This document shows, in pieces, positions 42,141 through 55,421 of a DNA stretch of 64,000 nucleotides. The notes under the pieces were generated by a model. That model ran no database searches. It had not been told where the DNA came from and worked only from the letters and a program-made list of their open reading frames with translations. Both the position numbers and the translations under genes were made by a program. The DNA comes from Kondoa subrosea (taxonomy: Eukaryota), in NCBI GenBank assembly GCA_039545335.1, contig BCIN01000001.1, positions 372,001 to 436,000 of the forward strand, written 5' to 3'. The stretch's first letter is position 1; each line of letters begins with the position of its first letter.

Positions 42141-43761
42141 ATGGCTCAGCACATGTCCTCCTCCTTCTCTGCTGGCAGAGGTGCAGAAATGGTTAGGCAA
42201 CGAACATCATCAAGCATAGATATCAGCCCAAATTCCTCACAACAGCAGACATTGTTCGGCGAGAAGAGGTTATCTGCTACACCCTTGCTACCTACTTCTA
42301 CTGCCACCCTGTCTTGGAGGACTGTTTCTGTCAAGAGAACAAGCAAGACCAAAGTTCTAGTTGGCATATGCTCAGTCTTGACTCTGGCTCTGCTGGCTGT
42401 CAAAGCGCCGCGAAGTTTTCGCAATTCTATCATGTCACCTGAATCGTATGTTGCAAATCACCGTGACTTTCAACTGGCTCATTAAATTCTTAGATGCAAT
42501 CCATTCGCTCAAGCTGGTCTTCTGAGGCTCAATACTTCAGCACAGGCAGTCGATGACAATTTTTGGCTACCACATGACGCAAGCTGTGCTCCGTCAAGGC
42601 TAACATCTGAAGTCGCTGCCAGTATATCTGGTTCTGAGCCTCTAGATTTCCCCTTCCTGCAAAACAAAACTGTCGTACTGATGGGAGATTCGTAAGCATC
42701 AGTGCTTTTGTATCGATATACTTGAAGCTGAATGTGATATGCAGTGTCGATCGGAATCACCTCTCGCACTTCTGTCATCTTACGAATGGGAGAGTGGGCA
42801 TGATCAGTTCGACAGATCCTTTATCCCCTCCACCTTATACCAACGGCAAAGACGAGTTCCTCAAGAAAGGAGGTGCTACACATAACGAATGGCTATCACG
42901 ACCATGTAAGATCATCCGATATTCTCTGTCATTCTGGCTGACACGCTTGACCATGCAGGGACTTGTCACATTGACAAATATAACTTCGTCATGATATCGG
43001 TCTTCCAATACGGTACTATGGAAGCGGACGACTATCCTGCAGAGTGGTATGAAAAGTAAGTCTCATTCCTTTGGAGATATGACAACATGCTGATGAAACG
43101 CTCAGCGATACCCATTATTACGCACCTTTCGCTCTTCAAGACAGATTAGAATATATTGTTCATCCCATCTTGGCAAACTTGGGCCGCACTTCCATCGATA
43201 TATTGGAAATTGGCAGCAGCTTTTGGGAAGTCGCTTGGTTGTCGAAACGTCTCTTCCTCGATGGACTCGATTTCAGCAGTAATTCTGTCCCTCAACATTA
43301 CCTCAAACAAATCGCTACTCGGCTTTCGGTCAAGCTGAGACAACTTTCGAACATCGGTTTGGCCAGAAACACCAAAACGATCCTTTTCCGTACTGCTCAC
43401 CACACTGGCGAATCCTTCAGAAACTACATGCCTTCAGAAATGGTGGAGCAAGTTGATTCTGTCGCTCAAGAAGTAGTAAAAGGCTTGCAAGGCAAATCAG
43501 GGAAACCTTGGTTTGCTGGTTCAGGTTGGACTGCAAGCATGGACGAGGCTAAAGAGCTCAAATTGGATGAGAGGTTGAGATTAGATTACTCTGGAAGGAT
43601 CATGGCGGGTCAAAGCAGGCATTTAGAAGACAATCTTCATCCAGCAATTTTACCCAATGGCAAAATTTTCAGCGATATGTAGGTCCTTTCCTTACCTTGT
43701 TTGCCTTTCGCTTATGTTCTCCTTAAGTATGTTATACGAATTACAACGTCTGTCGTTATAA
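42141..43761 (+). CDS. Type II membrane SGNH/PC-esterase-like protein (CAP64/CAS3-like putative polysaccharide-modifying enzyme)
   Basis: Single N-terminal TM segment VLVGICSVLTLALLAV; FLQNKTVVLMGDSVDRN (GDS motif) and C-terminal EDNLHP (DxxH). Confidence 0.65.
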
Positions 43762-43818
43762 TGGTTCTCGTCAAGGAGTCGTCAAATCGCATTGTAAATA
43801 CGCATATAGCAAGTCAAC

Positions 43819-43949
43819 ATAGAGTGATGATAAATGCATGCAAATCGCTGTAGTCATCTGAAAAGTACAATTGCTCTTCCCTTACAGCGCCTCCGGCTAG
43901 CGGCTCTTTATTAGACTGGAGAGCGGAACTGTAAGGAAGGCTGAATTAT
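43819..43949 (+). ncRNA. Candidate structured RNA element (long hairpin flanked by box C/D-like motifs)
   Basis: GTGATGA at 43824, CTGA at 43858 and 43941; ~24-bp imperfect stem 43876-43940. No family assigned. Confidence 0.2.
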
Positions 43950-44476
43950 ACGAAGACAATTTGCTAATCGAGTTCGCCTGGTCCTTCAAGGGCCCCAACA
44001 TGAAATTCATATAGCTCCGTCGACTGCACACAGAGGATAGAGTTAAGAGTAGAATCAAGGGGTTGTGGGCTGTAAGCCTGTTCGCTAAATAGCGGGTCTC
44101 TGAAACTTTCATCTTGTTAGATGTCCGTGAAAAAAGAAGAAGAGAAGAGACGGATCCCAGGGTTTTGATGTGTGCAAAACCAACACGGCTCGATTCAAAA
44201 AGCAACTAGGAAATTCGAAATCTTCAATAACATTAAGAGACAGCCATTTGATCGCGGAGGCTGGCGGATCAGATACGGGAAAGGCGGCAAGTAGTGTGCA
44301 TAGAGCGTCCGATCGAGCTCAACGAGCAGTGTGTGTATCTATGATTCCCATCTTCACGATTATATATGCTCTGAAAGTGTGCTCTGGCCACGCAATTGAG
44401 TTGCAAGCAATACTGGAGCGAGATAAGCACTCACTAGAGATGATGCAGGGTATTGTGGTATATTGACTGTTCAAAA

Positions 44477-45269
44477 TCAATCATGTCTTCCCTTTTCCTG
44501 TTCTTCAGCATCGGCGATTCGAAGGGTCTTGAGGAAATCGTCGTATCTGAAATCTCCTCTTCGATCCGCAAAAGGAGGAGAAAGGAACGCGTCGATCTCT
44601 TCCTCTGTCATCCTGTCGCCGACATCCCCTAACCACTTCCTAAGTTCTGAAGATTTGATCAAGCCTTTATCCCCATCGTCGAAGCATTCAAACGCTTCTC
44701 TGAGTTCAGCTTCTGGATCCAGTTGCAGCAGATGATCGGCCCTGAGGAAAATGATCAATCGATTCCAGCCTATGTGACCAAAGAATAACTTACATCATAG
44801 TCAAGAATTGGGTGAAATTGATACCGCGCTTGCCATTCTGAATAGAAGCAGATTCCAGAAGACTTGCTAGGTGAGCAGCAGAAGGGGGTTTGCCTAATGT
44901 TTCACCTTGATAATCAGCGCGAACACTGAATACACGCAAGCGGCGCGCACCTAGATTAGTGAGCATAGAGACTAGATCTTCTTCTGATATCAAGCCATCG
45001 GAATTGACATCTATCATCTGCAAGCCAAAGCCAATTGTAAACATAGGAGACTCCGAGCCATAAGATAGATGCGAACAGCAAAGGCTTCCTTGAATTGCCT
45101 GACTTGAGAGTCTTCGAACATAGAGTAGAGACTCTACAGATAGAGGCGACGCGAATGAGCTACATCCAAGCGAAAGGTAAACAGGAGGGCTGACCTCTGA
45201 AGGTTGCCTGCGGCCATGAGAGGATTTCACTTTCAAAGTCGAAGGGCGACCTTGTCCTATAGATGCCAT
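44477..45269 (-). CDS. Myosin regulatory light chain (EF-hand)
   Basis: MFEDSQVRQFKEAF..IDVNSDGLISEEDL, INFTQFLTMM, DPEAELREAFECFD, GDRMTEEEID. Confidence 0.85.
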
Positions 45270-45599
45270 TGCACGATTGCACGGGTAGAGAGCCTCTTGA
45301 AGGTATCTGAAGAGTGCTGTATAGGGAAGAACTGTCCATTTAATTCGGAAACTTACAAATTCTGCTCTTAAACCACCGTCCTGGATCTTAGTGAAGCGAC
45401 CAATCTTTCTGTCCCTGTGTGGCTTCAGACTGTGCCCGCTTGAGTGCAGGCTGCTTCAATAGCCTGGCGGCAAAAAGTCTACGACCTGCTTCCACGGTCT
45501 CTCTGATTTCACGATTACATTCATCTTTCGTCGCTCGCCGCTCTTTGCTGCACTTGGTCAACTTGAACGAACTGCATTCGGTCAATCGGTGTGCGAACA

Positions 45600-48500
45600 A
45601 TGGATGCCGAGAGCGACCTCAATGGCTTCGCAATGGGCAACGTGTTTGCTGGTATGTCAAGAATCTTCAATTTGAGCTGTTATACTGGACTAATAACTTT
45701 CTCTGCTCTCTAGAACTTGGCATAGAAGGAGCTGACAATCTGGCTGCCTTGGGTTTTGGTGGTTCCACTGCTTTGGATGCCAACTCAATCTACAACGACC
45801 GTTATGCAGACGACGATGGAGAAGAGAACTATGCTGGTCAAGGTGAAGACTTTGAAGATGAGATTGATCAGGAGTTAGCGGAAGAAGCTGAGGAAGAAGA
45901 AGCCAGAGCTCCGCCTACTTTACGAGCTAGACCTGCTATGGCCTCTGCTACCAATCAAAGGCTGAGAGGCGAGGATGAGTACGATTTTGATGACGAGGAG
46001 GAAGAGGAAGATCCGTCCGAACCTTCAGAAGACGATAATGACCGAGATCAAGACTTCACCTTATCCGAATCGCCAGATAAGAAAAGACGTAAAGACAAGC
46101 GAGTCCGAGTCCAAGAACAGCCCAAGTCACCTTCTCGAAAAGTCAAGCAAGAAGTAGAACAAAGCTTCAACGAGTTCAATGCTTTCCAGCTTGACAACCA
46201 GGACGAAGCTTTTCTTGCCGAAGACGATGATGAAGATCTCTCAGAAGGAGCGGACCTATTTGGAGACGACGCTGAACCATCGCCTCAACCTGACTATGCT
46301 GCAGAATACGCTACGCCTCTTGCCAATGATTTCGCGCTTGATCCGGAACTCTTGCCTCCCGATCAGCAAGCTGAATTCATCAAACAACAGCAAGAGCAAT
46401 CCAAGGCAAAAAAGGCTGCAGATGCAGCTAAGCACTTCCCGAATTTCAAGCCTGGTGCACCGATTTATTTGACTGATTTCGTTGCTACTAAACCTCGCAA
46501 GAGGCAGAAAGTGAATCAAGGTTCTATCAAGCGTGAGTCATTCATCTTCCCTGTTGTCGTGTGCTGATTGCTTGCAGTTGCACTTCCTCCTTCATCCGAA
46601 CTACCTGAAGCACGTTCCACGCAAGATCTCTTACGTGATGCTTCAGCTCTTCTACCCTCTGATCCAAGATCAGCAGTAAATAGCTGGTTAGGCGAATTCG
46701 CGCCGCCTAAAATCGTAGAAGAAACTCGAGCTCAGCTAGATGCAGATGCAGCTTACAATCTCCTAGTCTTCTCTAATCGTACATCAGGTGGCTTCGATTT
46801 ACCTAATCCAGAAACTGCCATTGCTTTGGATGATTGGGATGAACGAGATTACTCCAATGTGACGAATCTGGAAAGTATCATTATTCCTTCTACTCGCCAT
46901 CGCATCTTGGATCGAAAACCTGGCGAACCTTTACCTGATCGAAACGAACTGGTAGATAAAGGCGATTGGGCTGTTCCGTTTGTCTTTGGCGAAGGGAATG
47001 CAAACTCTTTCAATCGTTTGCAAGTTCATGAAGGCGATGCTAATTTAGTCAAGATCAATCCAGAAGAGGAAGAAGAAAGCGAGAATGAAGAAAATCAAAG
47101 ACCTAGATTGACTTTTACTATTCCTGGTGGGATGTTGACTGGAGGAGGGAAAGGTAAAAAGAGGAAGCGACCTTTACCGAAGAAACTCGTTGGCAACGGA
47201 ATGATGGACCTAGGTCTGGATACGTACAACATGTCCAATGATAAAAAGTATGAGGACTTGAAAGAGAGCAAGAAGAGGGTCAGGCAAACATTTGGTTCAC
47301 TAGAAGTTCAACATTCTTGGCCAGCGCTAAAATTACAATTGCCCTTTGTGAGTTCTATGGCTCCTCAGCAGGCTTGTGCTGAAAGATTCCATCAATCTCA
47401 CAGTACCGCACTTCACTCAACAAATCCGAAGCTCGTTCCTATCATCGACCAGGTCTTCAATTCCCGCTCAACATGCCTATCACCTTCAATAAAGTCCGAA
47501 CTGCAAAGAAGAGGAAAGAGAAGAATGCTACTGCGGGCAATCGAGGTGGTAAAGCTGACAACCCTATCAAGAACACCGATGAGCTTTCGATCCGCGATAC
47601 AAGTCAATTTTTGCTGATGGAATACTCTGTGAGCTGCTTTGTTGTCTTGCTGAATCATCACCCTAAGATAATTGATGCGAACCACAGGAAGAATATCCTC
47701 CGATGATGGCTAATCTTGGTATGGGAAGCATTCTAGTCAACTATTATCGAAAGAAAGATCCAAAAGACGAGCATCCCCCGAAGGTCAGTGTGGTAGTCAT
47801 TCATCAGTTTCGTTGCTGATTAATAGACACCATAATCGACAGGTTGATCTCGGTGAACAATTCCTACTGGACGCTACAGACGAATCGCCCTTTTTGCGTT
47901 TTGGTACTGTAGATCCCGGTCAAATGGTCCAATGTTTGTACAACAACATACAAAGAGCGCCAGTCTTTCGACAGCAACCTAATAAGACTGACTTCTTGGT
48001 TGTGAAGCAAGTGATCTCCTGCTTTGATAATGTATCTGCTAAGTCTTCATTTTTCGCAGAACCACCATCAAAGGCGACACCAAGTATTATATTCGCGATG
48101 TCAAGAACATGTTTGTCGTTGGTCAAACGTATCCAGTCCAAGAAGTTCCAGGTCCTCATTCACGCAAAATCACCACAATCGGCAAAGCTCGTCTGCAAGC
48201 TGTCTCTGCTAAACTTACCGAGAAGAGTGGTCATAACCGAGTGAAAATGGCTAAGCTGTTGAGATTCTTCCCCGAATCGACGGAATTGCAAATGAGGCAA
48301 AAGATCAAGGTCAGACACTGCAGCAAGTCGCTCGATCAGAAGCTGACTCTGTTTCGGTAACTGACAGGACTTCTTGGAGTATACTCGCAAAGGACCTGAT
48401 CAAGGCTATTGGGCACAACGAGCCAATGCTAAGACTTACGAAGAAGTCATGCGCGAACTCAAACCTGAAGATGTCGTTCTTGCTGAAGCTATGTTGGTCG

Positions 48501-49795
48501 GTCAACGACATTTGCTCGATCTTGGTTATGGCAAAGCTGGTGAAGAGGATGTAATTCAAGAAGAAGATGAAAGCAAGATGGACATCGAACAATTGCTGGC
48601 TCCTTGGATCATTACAAAGAACTTCATGCAAGCTAGTCAAAGCAAAGCCATGTTGAAACTGCACGGTGAAGGCGATCCTACTGGTCGAGGGGAAGGATTC
48701 AGCTTCTTGCGCGTCAGTATGAAGGATATTTTCTTGCGTGAAGGTGAAACGATGGAAGAGCGTCAAGGTGAGTAAATTGATATCTCAATACATTTATCCG
48801 TTGAGATAGCGCCTTCTAGCCGAGATCGCTTCCAGACCAAAAAGCGGTCACAAGTACAATGTCCAAGAACAGCAAGTCATCTACCGTGAAGAAGTCGATC
48901 GTATCTGGCGTGCCCAGATGAAGTCCTTGAGTAGCAAGAAAGATGCTGTCATGACGGAAGAAGATGAAAGAAGGTTCAGACAACGCCAACGGAATCCCAA
49001 CCAAGGTCAAACTCCTGGTGGTGAAACACCTGCTCCAGATGGCTATGGAGGAGCCAGTCCAGGTCAAGATCCTAACTTTGGCGGTTCAGAAAGTGGAGAT
49101 AAGCCTGGACCACTCAAGCTTCTCAAGATCAAGCGTGTTGTGAGTATTTTTGCTGAGCCTGCGAAGTACAGCACTGAGAGATCATCGCTAGGACAAATGG
49201 GGCAATGTATCCATTGAGACAGTACGCGATCCAGCTGTAGCCAGCGCCTATGTCAGACAACGCTCGATTATCGAAGAAGAAATGATGAAAGCGGATGAGC
49301 TGATGCCTACAGATGATGCTGAGAAGAACGAGCGTCTCAAGAAGAAGTAGGGTTTCTATTTCCCCAGTGTTAGATGTTTGCTCATCTATGTACAGGTTGG
49401 CCGATCATATTGCCAACTTGAAGCATAATCAAGATCGTCGGATGCAACGCAAGAATATGAAGAATGGTGTCAGACATCAACCAAATGCGGATGGCTCCAT
49501 CACTATCACTAAGCGAGCTTCTCGTGGAGCGAAACAAGAGACTACCCGAAAATGCGGAAACTGTGGACAGATTGGTCATATGAAGACGAATCGTAAATGT
49601 CCTCGTTGGCTCGTGAGTTGATTGTATACAACACTGAGATATTCTACTGACATGCGAAAACAGGAATTCCACGATCCGAACAAGCAACCGCCAAAAGAAC
49701 CAACTCCTCCTCCAGAATCACCCTCCAGCGCTTTACCTCCTTTGCCTTCCACTGTTCCAGGTCAATTCAACATCAGTGCGGATATGGGCTTCTAA
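45600..49795 (+). CDS. TAF1: TFIID subunit TAF1
   Basis: YNMSND, VQHSWPALKLQLPF, LMEYSEEYPP, LYNNIQRAPVF, QLLAPWIITKNF, LHGEGDPTGRGEGFSF, zinc knuckle RKCGNCGQIGHMKTNRKCP. Confidence 0.93.
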
Positions 49796-50150
49796 GGTAC
49801 ATAATTTTTTTGGGCACTGCCAATCGGGAGGTTGGGAAGCCGCGCTCGGATGGACAGTGAAAATGCCATGCGAGCTGTCGCAAAGTATGATCTTTCTGCT
49901 TTCGAAATGTATATACAGTGTATTGAGAGGCGATAGATAAGAGATTGCATTGTTGCATAAGAACACGGACCGACCTTGCCGCTCGAAACGTTGTTTCGGT
50001 TAAATGTCTTCTCTTGTCTGCCTACCGTTGCTGGATCATACCTGAGCTCTAGTCATATCCAAAGAAGCTCTACATATCCCATAGCTACCTGTACTGTACA
50101 GGAGGCCGCTCCAGCCTTATCACGAGTCGCGTCATAACACTCAACGAAAA

Positions 50151-53100
50151 ATGGAAGATATACCCTTGCAAGAGCAACGCAGTCGGTCGGACAGGGATAA
50201 TAGCAGCTTCAACTCTGGAGATGCCTTGAATCCACCGCATGTAGATCTATCAGACTTGCCTGTGGGCCTGCCAGGAGATTCGAACAACTCGAGCGGTAAC
50301 CGAACACCAGCTCATACCAGTGGCCGAGCTGCTGGACGTCGTGTCCAATGGCAACTTGGTGCACAATCCGAGCTAGACCGACATGATCATCAATGTAAGT
50401 AATGATACTGGTACTGCGCATAAATAGCTGGATCAGGAAGTTGATGCTTTCGGTTTTTGATAGCTTCGGATCATCCTCAAGCTCATACCACAGTCCAGAT
50501 GTAAGTCTCATCATGTATATCTCCTGCTTTGTTGGCTTATCGCTCTGTCACAGTTCGCCAGATCATCGACCTTCAACTGAATATTTCGGTCAACGAGACT
50601 ATGCTGGATCAAGCGGCAGTCTTACTCCGGCAGATCAAATGAGCGGTTCAATGACTCCCGACACTTCTAGACCACCTTCTCCCATCCGAGAGTTGGATAT
50701 GGATATTGTGCGGAATTTAGCTCAGTTCACGCTGAAGCTCACTAATACTGCTCTGCTAACAGATGGATGGCGAACGGGATGGTTTACCAGAAAGAAAACC
50801 AAATAAGCGACTTACCAGACAAGCTAATCGAATTATCGCTGCCCACAAGGCAAAAAATGCATTCATGAATGGCGGCAACAGCAGACCCCGTCCTCGTCAG
50901 ACAACGCATCATGGTGTTGATCCGCTTGCTTTGGAAGCTGCTCTACGTGCTCAGGGATTGCAAGAAGACGAGTCAAGACCTGCGACTGCCGCTCAAGCAG
51001 CTGCATCTACCAGTCGCAGAAATGCTCCCGCTCCCGCTCAAGGTATCCTTGGCTCCTTGCTTAGACTCTATGATCGACCTACATCGCCTTCTGCCAACTC
51101 CTCTCAAGCTACTCTTGTCCACCAAGAAGAACCTCCTAGTTCTTCTTCGCGATGGGGTCAAAGACCTTTTATGGAAGCTCAGAAGAGTTTCGACTCAATT
51201 GGTGCTACTATCAAGAAAGGAACCAATGCTGTAATCAAGACTGGAGCTCGCATCCCTGAACAATTGGGTAAGAAATTGGATGAAGCAGATAGACCAGACG
51301 CTGCAAAGAATGCTGGAGGTGTGTTTGGTGCTTTACAAGCAGGCGCCATGGATTTGGCTGGTGTCGCTTCACCTACTGCTTCGACGATCAAGCCTGCTAC
51401 GGAACGAAGTGGCTTCAAGTTGAAGTAAGCATTTAAGCTTTACATTTTGTATCTGTTCTGATCTTCTTGCAGTCGTTATAGCATGGGCGGAGCACCTGAA
51501 GCAAGTCCACCTAAGTCTAGAGACACTTCAGCACCTACAACGCCAGGTGGTTCAGCTAAACCAGGCTTCATCGCACGAGTCGGTAAACCTGGAAACATCA
51601 GCTTGCACAATTTAGGAGAATATTTCGATCCTGCGCAATTGCACTCGGAATCAAGAGCCCTCAAAGCATCCAGATCTCAGCCTGGAACACCTCAGAATGA
51701 GCTGGACGAGAAGAGTAGTGGTTATTTTGGGGATAAGACTGAAAAACCAGGAAGTGCATGGGCAGCTAAAGAAAAGGCTAAAAAGAAGAAGAAGCGACAG
51801 GACGAGATCTTCATTACCAGTACGAAAGACTCTGTTCAGCTTGAAACCTCACTGATGACGGGTGAACAGTGCATGTTGCTGCTATTCTTCAGCGTCAAGA
51901 CTTTATCCTTCGCTTGGCAAGGGCTCATATGATGTTCGGCGGACCGAGTCATCGATTCGAAGCCGAGCTGCAACGTACAGGAAAGGTTCTAGAAATTGAG
52001 GTTCAAGGTAGGATCATTTGCGATTGCCTTGTCTGATGTTGACCTGAATTGGTCTTTGACAGTCATATATCTCATGTCTTTTTGTATCGTCTCCTTTTCT
52101 GACCCGGACACTCAAACTTCGTCAATCAAGATCATCAAGCAGAATGCCGGGCTCAACCTGTACAAGCTTAAAGCTCTCGCTGTACTGCATTGGGAAGTTA
52201 TGCACGATAAGATCGGAGTTCAAGATGCAAGTACGGAGATCAGCAGACTGATGACTGAGAAACCAATTTATGGCCCTTGGCTGTCGATCTTCCTGGGCGG
52301 CATGTGCTCGATAATGATTGGTATCGCTTCCTTCAACGCGTCTTTCATCGATCTCTGCGTCGCTTTCCCACTTGGAGCTGGTCTCATAGCGTTTGTTTTC
52401 AGTGTAGACAGCCTCGATCACAGCTGACTTCAATGCAGTGTGCAAGTCTACGTCGCTAGCAGGAGCGACGTATTGTCAAGCATCTTCGAAATCTTCGTTA
52501 CGGCAGTGGCATCATTCGCCGCTGCCGGACTCTCATCTACCGGCTATTTCTGCTACGCATCTATCATCTCTTCGACCATTGTATTAATTCTTCCTGGTTG
52601 GTTGGTCTGCAATGCTGCTCTGGAACTTCAATCTCGGGCTATCGTAACGGGATCAGTTCGACTGATCTGGAGTATTATATACTCCTTGTTCTTGGGTTTC
52701 GGAATCAGTATCGGTGCTCAAATATGGAACGGTGTAGCTCGTAAGTCTAGTCCTCAATGATTGTTGCCTAGCTCAAGGTTGCTCTTCAGCTGAACGATTA
52801 CAATACATCAATGTCGACAATATCTGCTCTGCAGCTCATACTCGCGCCAACGGCATGACGCCCTGGTGGCAAGTGACAATCAGCAGATGGTTCTTCTTCT
52901 TGGCTGTACCTGGATTCCCCTTCTTCTTGGCCTTGAAGAATCAAGCGAAACTCAAAACAAAGGAGTTCTTAGTCACAGTCCTGATAGCTGGAACAGGCTG
53001 GTGTGCCAATCATTTCGCGGCGAAAGCATTTCCGTTTGTGCAACCCTTTGTTTAGCGGATTCCTCTAACATTGGCGCAGGAATCAATCTAGCGTATCAAG

Positions 53101-53550
53101 TACTCTAGGCGCTTTAGCAGTCGGCTTCTTGGGTAATCTTTGGGGCAAGTATTTCCAAGGTACTGCTTTCATTGTCGCATTGGTGCCAATCATGTAAGTC
53201 AGAAGGATTTGTTTTTGGATCTCTGTTGAAGACTTGACAGGTTCCAACTTCCTTCTGGTCTGGGCAACGGTGGTCTTTTGAGTAAGTTCAGCTCCAACTT
53301 TTGTCTACGAATGTGCTCAAGTAGAGCCTAGACTTTGCTGCGAACAGCGAGGACTCGTCTGCTGCATTTTCGGGTACTTTCAGCATAGCAGAACAGCTTG
53401 TGACCGTCGGCTTGGGTCTAGTCGTCGGTCTGTTCGCTGCGCAAGTTTTGATCTCTCCTATCGGTAGCAACAGAGCCAAAGGTAAGCCAAATCTTGTTGA
53501 TTTTGATGTCACAAGCTAATTTAATGATCTTAGGTCTCATGTCGTTCTAA
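50151..53550 (+). CDS. PRM10: Pheromone-regulated membrane protein 10 / ThrE (DUF1212) family transporter-like protein
   Basis: HVAAILQRQDFILRLARAHMMFGGPSHRFE, ILPGWLVCNAALELQSRAIVTGSVRLIWSIIYSLFLGFGISIG, multiple TM segments, FQLPSGL. Confidence 0.8.
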
Positions 53551-53866
53551 ATCTGTACCCATTTCAGTTCATTCAACTAGACTTGTGCAAATGGTCCCTC
53601 GTTATGTAAATTCGCATCAAAGAAAATTAGACAGCATGGCATCTAGATCAAGGTGCACTGGCCAGCCCAAAATCATCAAGCATAAGAAAAGCAAGCGGAA
53701 GCAAGAGGCGTTGAACTCTCAAAGCTTGAGCGGATGGACAACAACCATGTACACTAGTGTAAGGAGATAGAGCATACATCAATTCAGTTATTCATGCAAG
53801 CAGTCTTTTGTTGTTGTTCTCAACTCAATCTTCATTACAACCATGCATATACTACAAGGCAAACAA

Positions 53867-55314
53867 TTACAGGAAATATTGCATCGATGCGGCTTTAGCA
53901 GGGAAAGCTCTCGAGTCCTGCAAACAAAAGCGATATTAGACCGGATTCAGTTGAAAAGAAAAGTAAATCTCACCTGCGGCGCCGCTTCAAACACTTTGTA
54001 CTCTTGATTCAGATTATCGTCCAATTCCAGCACAGACGCCACGTTCCCACACCTACAAGAAAGGCGTCAGCATCAGCGAAGTAAGTACGGAATGACATAC
54101 CGGTAACAATAATTCGGTGCACTCCATACTGTGACTATTGTATTATCAAACATCTTCTTGTAGCCTTCCATGACCTGTCGTTCAACAAAGCACAATCTAA
54201 GCACAATCAATGTGCAAGTCTGCCCCAGAACAGACCAGTTGATGTGCTCTCGCTATCAGATCGAGCTTGTTGTGCCGCGTAAACTCTTTCGTTACTGATC
54301 CACCAAAGAGATAGCCTGCTCCTCGCGGCGATAAACCCCAGCCTTCGATGTCTGAATGTACAGGTAAGAGGCTTTCAAGATTACTACCGCACGAGATCCA
54401 AGCGATGACATACCGTCTGGATCTGACCACAGAAGATCACACATTGCTCCATCGTGCGGTACTTCTTGTTTCCGATCTATCAGCCGTATCTGTAGACCGC
54501 CAATTACATTCCAATCGCATGGTGATTGATGTACTCAAGTGCCTACCTGATCTATCGACTGTATTGTCGGACTGTGCGCCGATATGTCCGCCTAAGCATT
54601 CACTATGCAAAAGTAGACTCGTAAACCCACCTAAGACCACCATGCACACAAAAGACTCTTCCATCCACTATCGCAGCCAAAGCCAGATAATCGAACACTT
54701 CACAGCAATACCTCCACACGCTAGCGCTTCCGTATTTCCGCTGACATTCATCGTAAAAACCATAAACTTGAGTAATTTGTCTTGATTCATGATTCCCTCT
54801 TATTAAAGTTATTCGATCTGGATATCGAACTTTGAGAGCCAAAAGAAGTAAGAAAGTTTCTACGCTGTAAAAACCTCGATCTACGAAACTACAATAAAGT
54901 AGTGTAGTAGTGTCATCAGCCACTCGAAGCGAAGATACAGAGAGAGCCTTACTCGCCCATGAAGAGATAATTGGTTTCAGGACACATTCCGCCTACTTTG
55001 AACAATTCTAACAAGTCGTAGAATTGACCATGAATATCACCACAGATCTGGCGTTCGTATAAGTAAACGAGCGTAAAAGAAAGCAACAAAGTTGAGAGGT
55101 GACAAACAGTAACTGGTGCATCTATCCATTGTACATTGGCTTCTTCTACCAAGATTTCTCTAGCTTTAAGGCAGAGGTCTTTGACTTGTTGTTCGCTAAT
55201 GATTTCACATTTTTTTAAGGTAGCTATCTGGCTGTTGGTTTCCTCCACAAATCAGTATTCTGATGGAAAATCTGCGTTTGCATAGTGTGAGACGCACTGA
55301 TCTAAGGAGGACAT
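53867..55314 (-). CDS. PPH3: PPP phosphatase catalytic subunit, PP4-like
   Basis: [66 protein letters not shown]-terminal [16 protein letters not shown] and [17 protein letters not shown] favour PP4. Confidence 0.85.
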
Positions 55315-55421
55315 GGTTTGCGAAAGATGTAATATTCGTCTTCCTCTCTTGGGTTGATACCACCGACTTGCGACTGGATTTTACCCTGTCAGACCGTAGC
55401 TGAGAGAGAGCGTAGCTGGTC
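55315..55421. promoter_or_regulatory. Very short bidirectional promoter region PPH3/RSE1
   Basis: 107 bp between divergent ATGs at 55314 (-) and 55422 (+). Confidence 0.55.
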
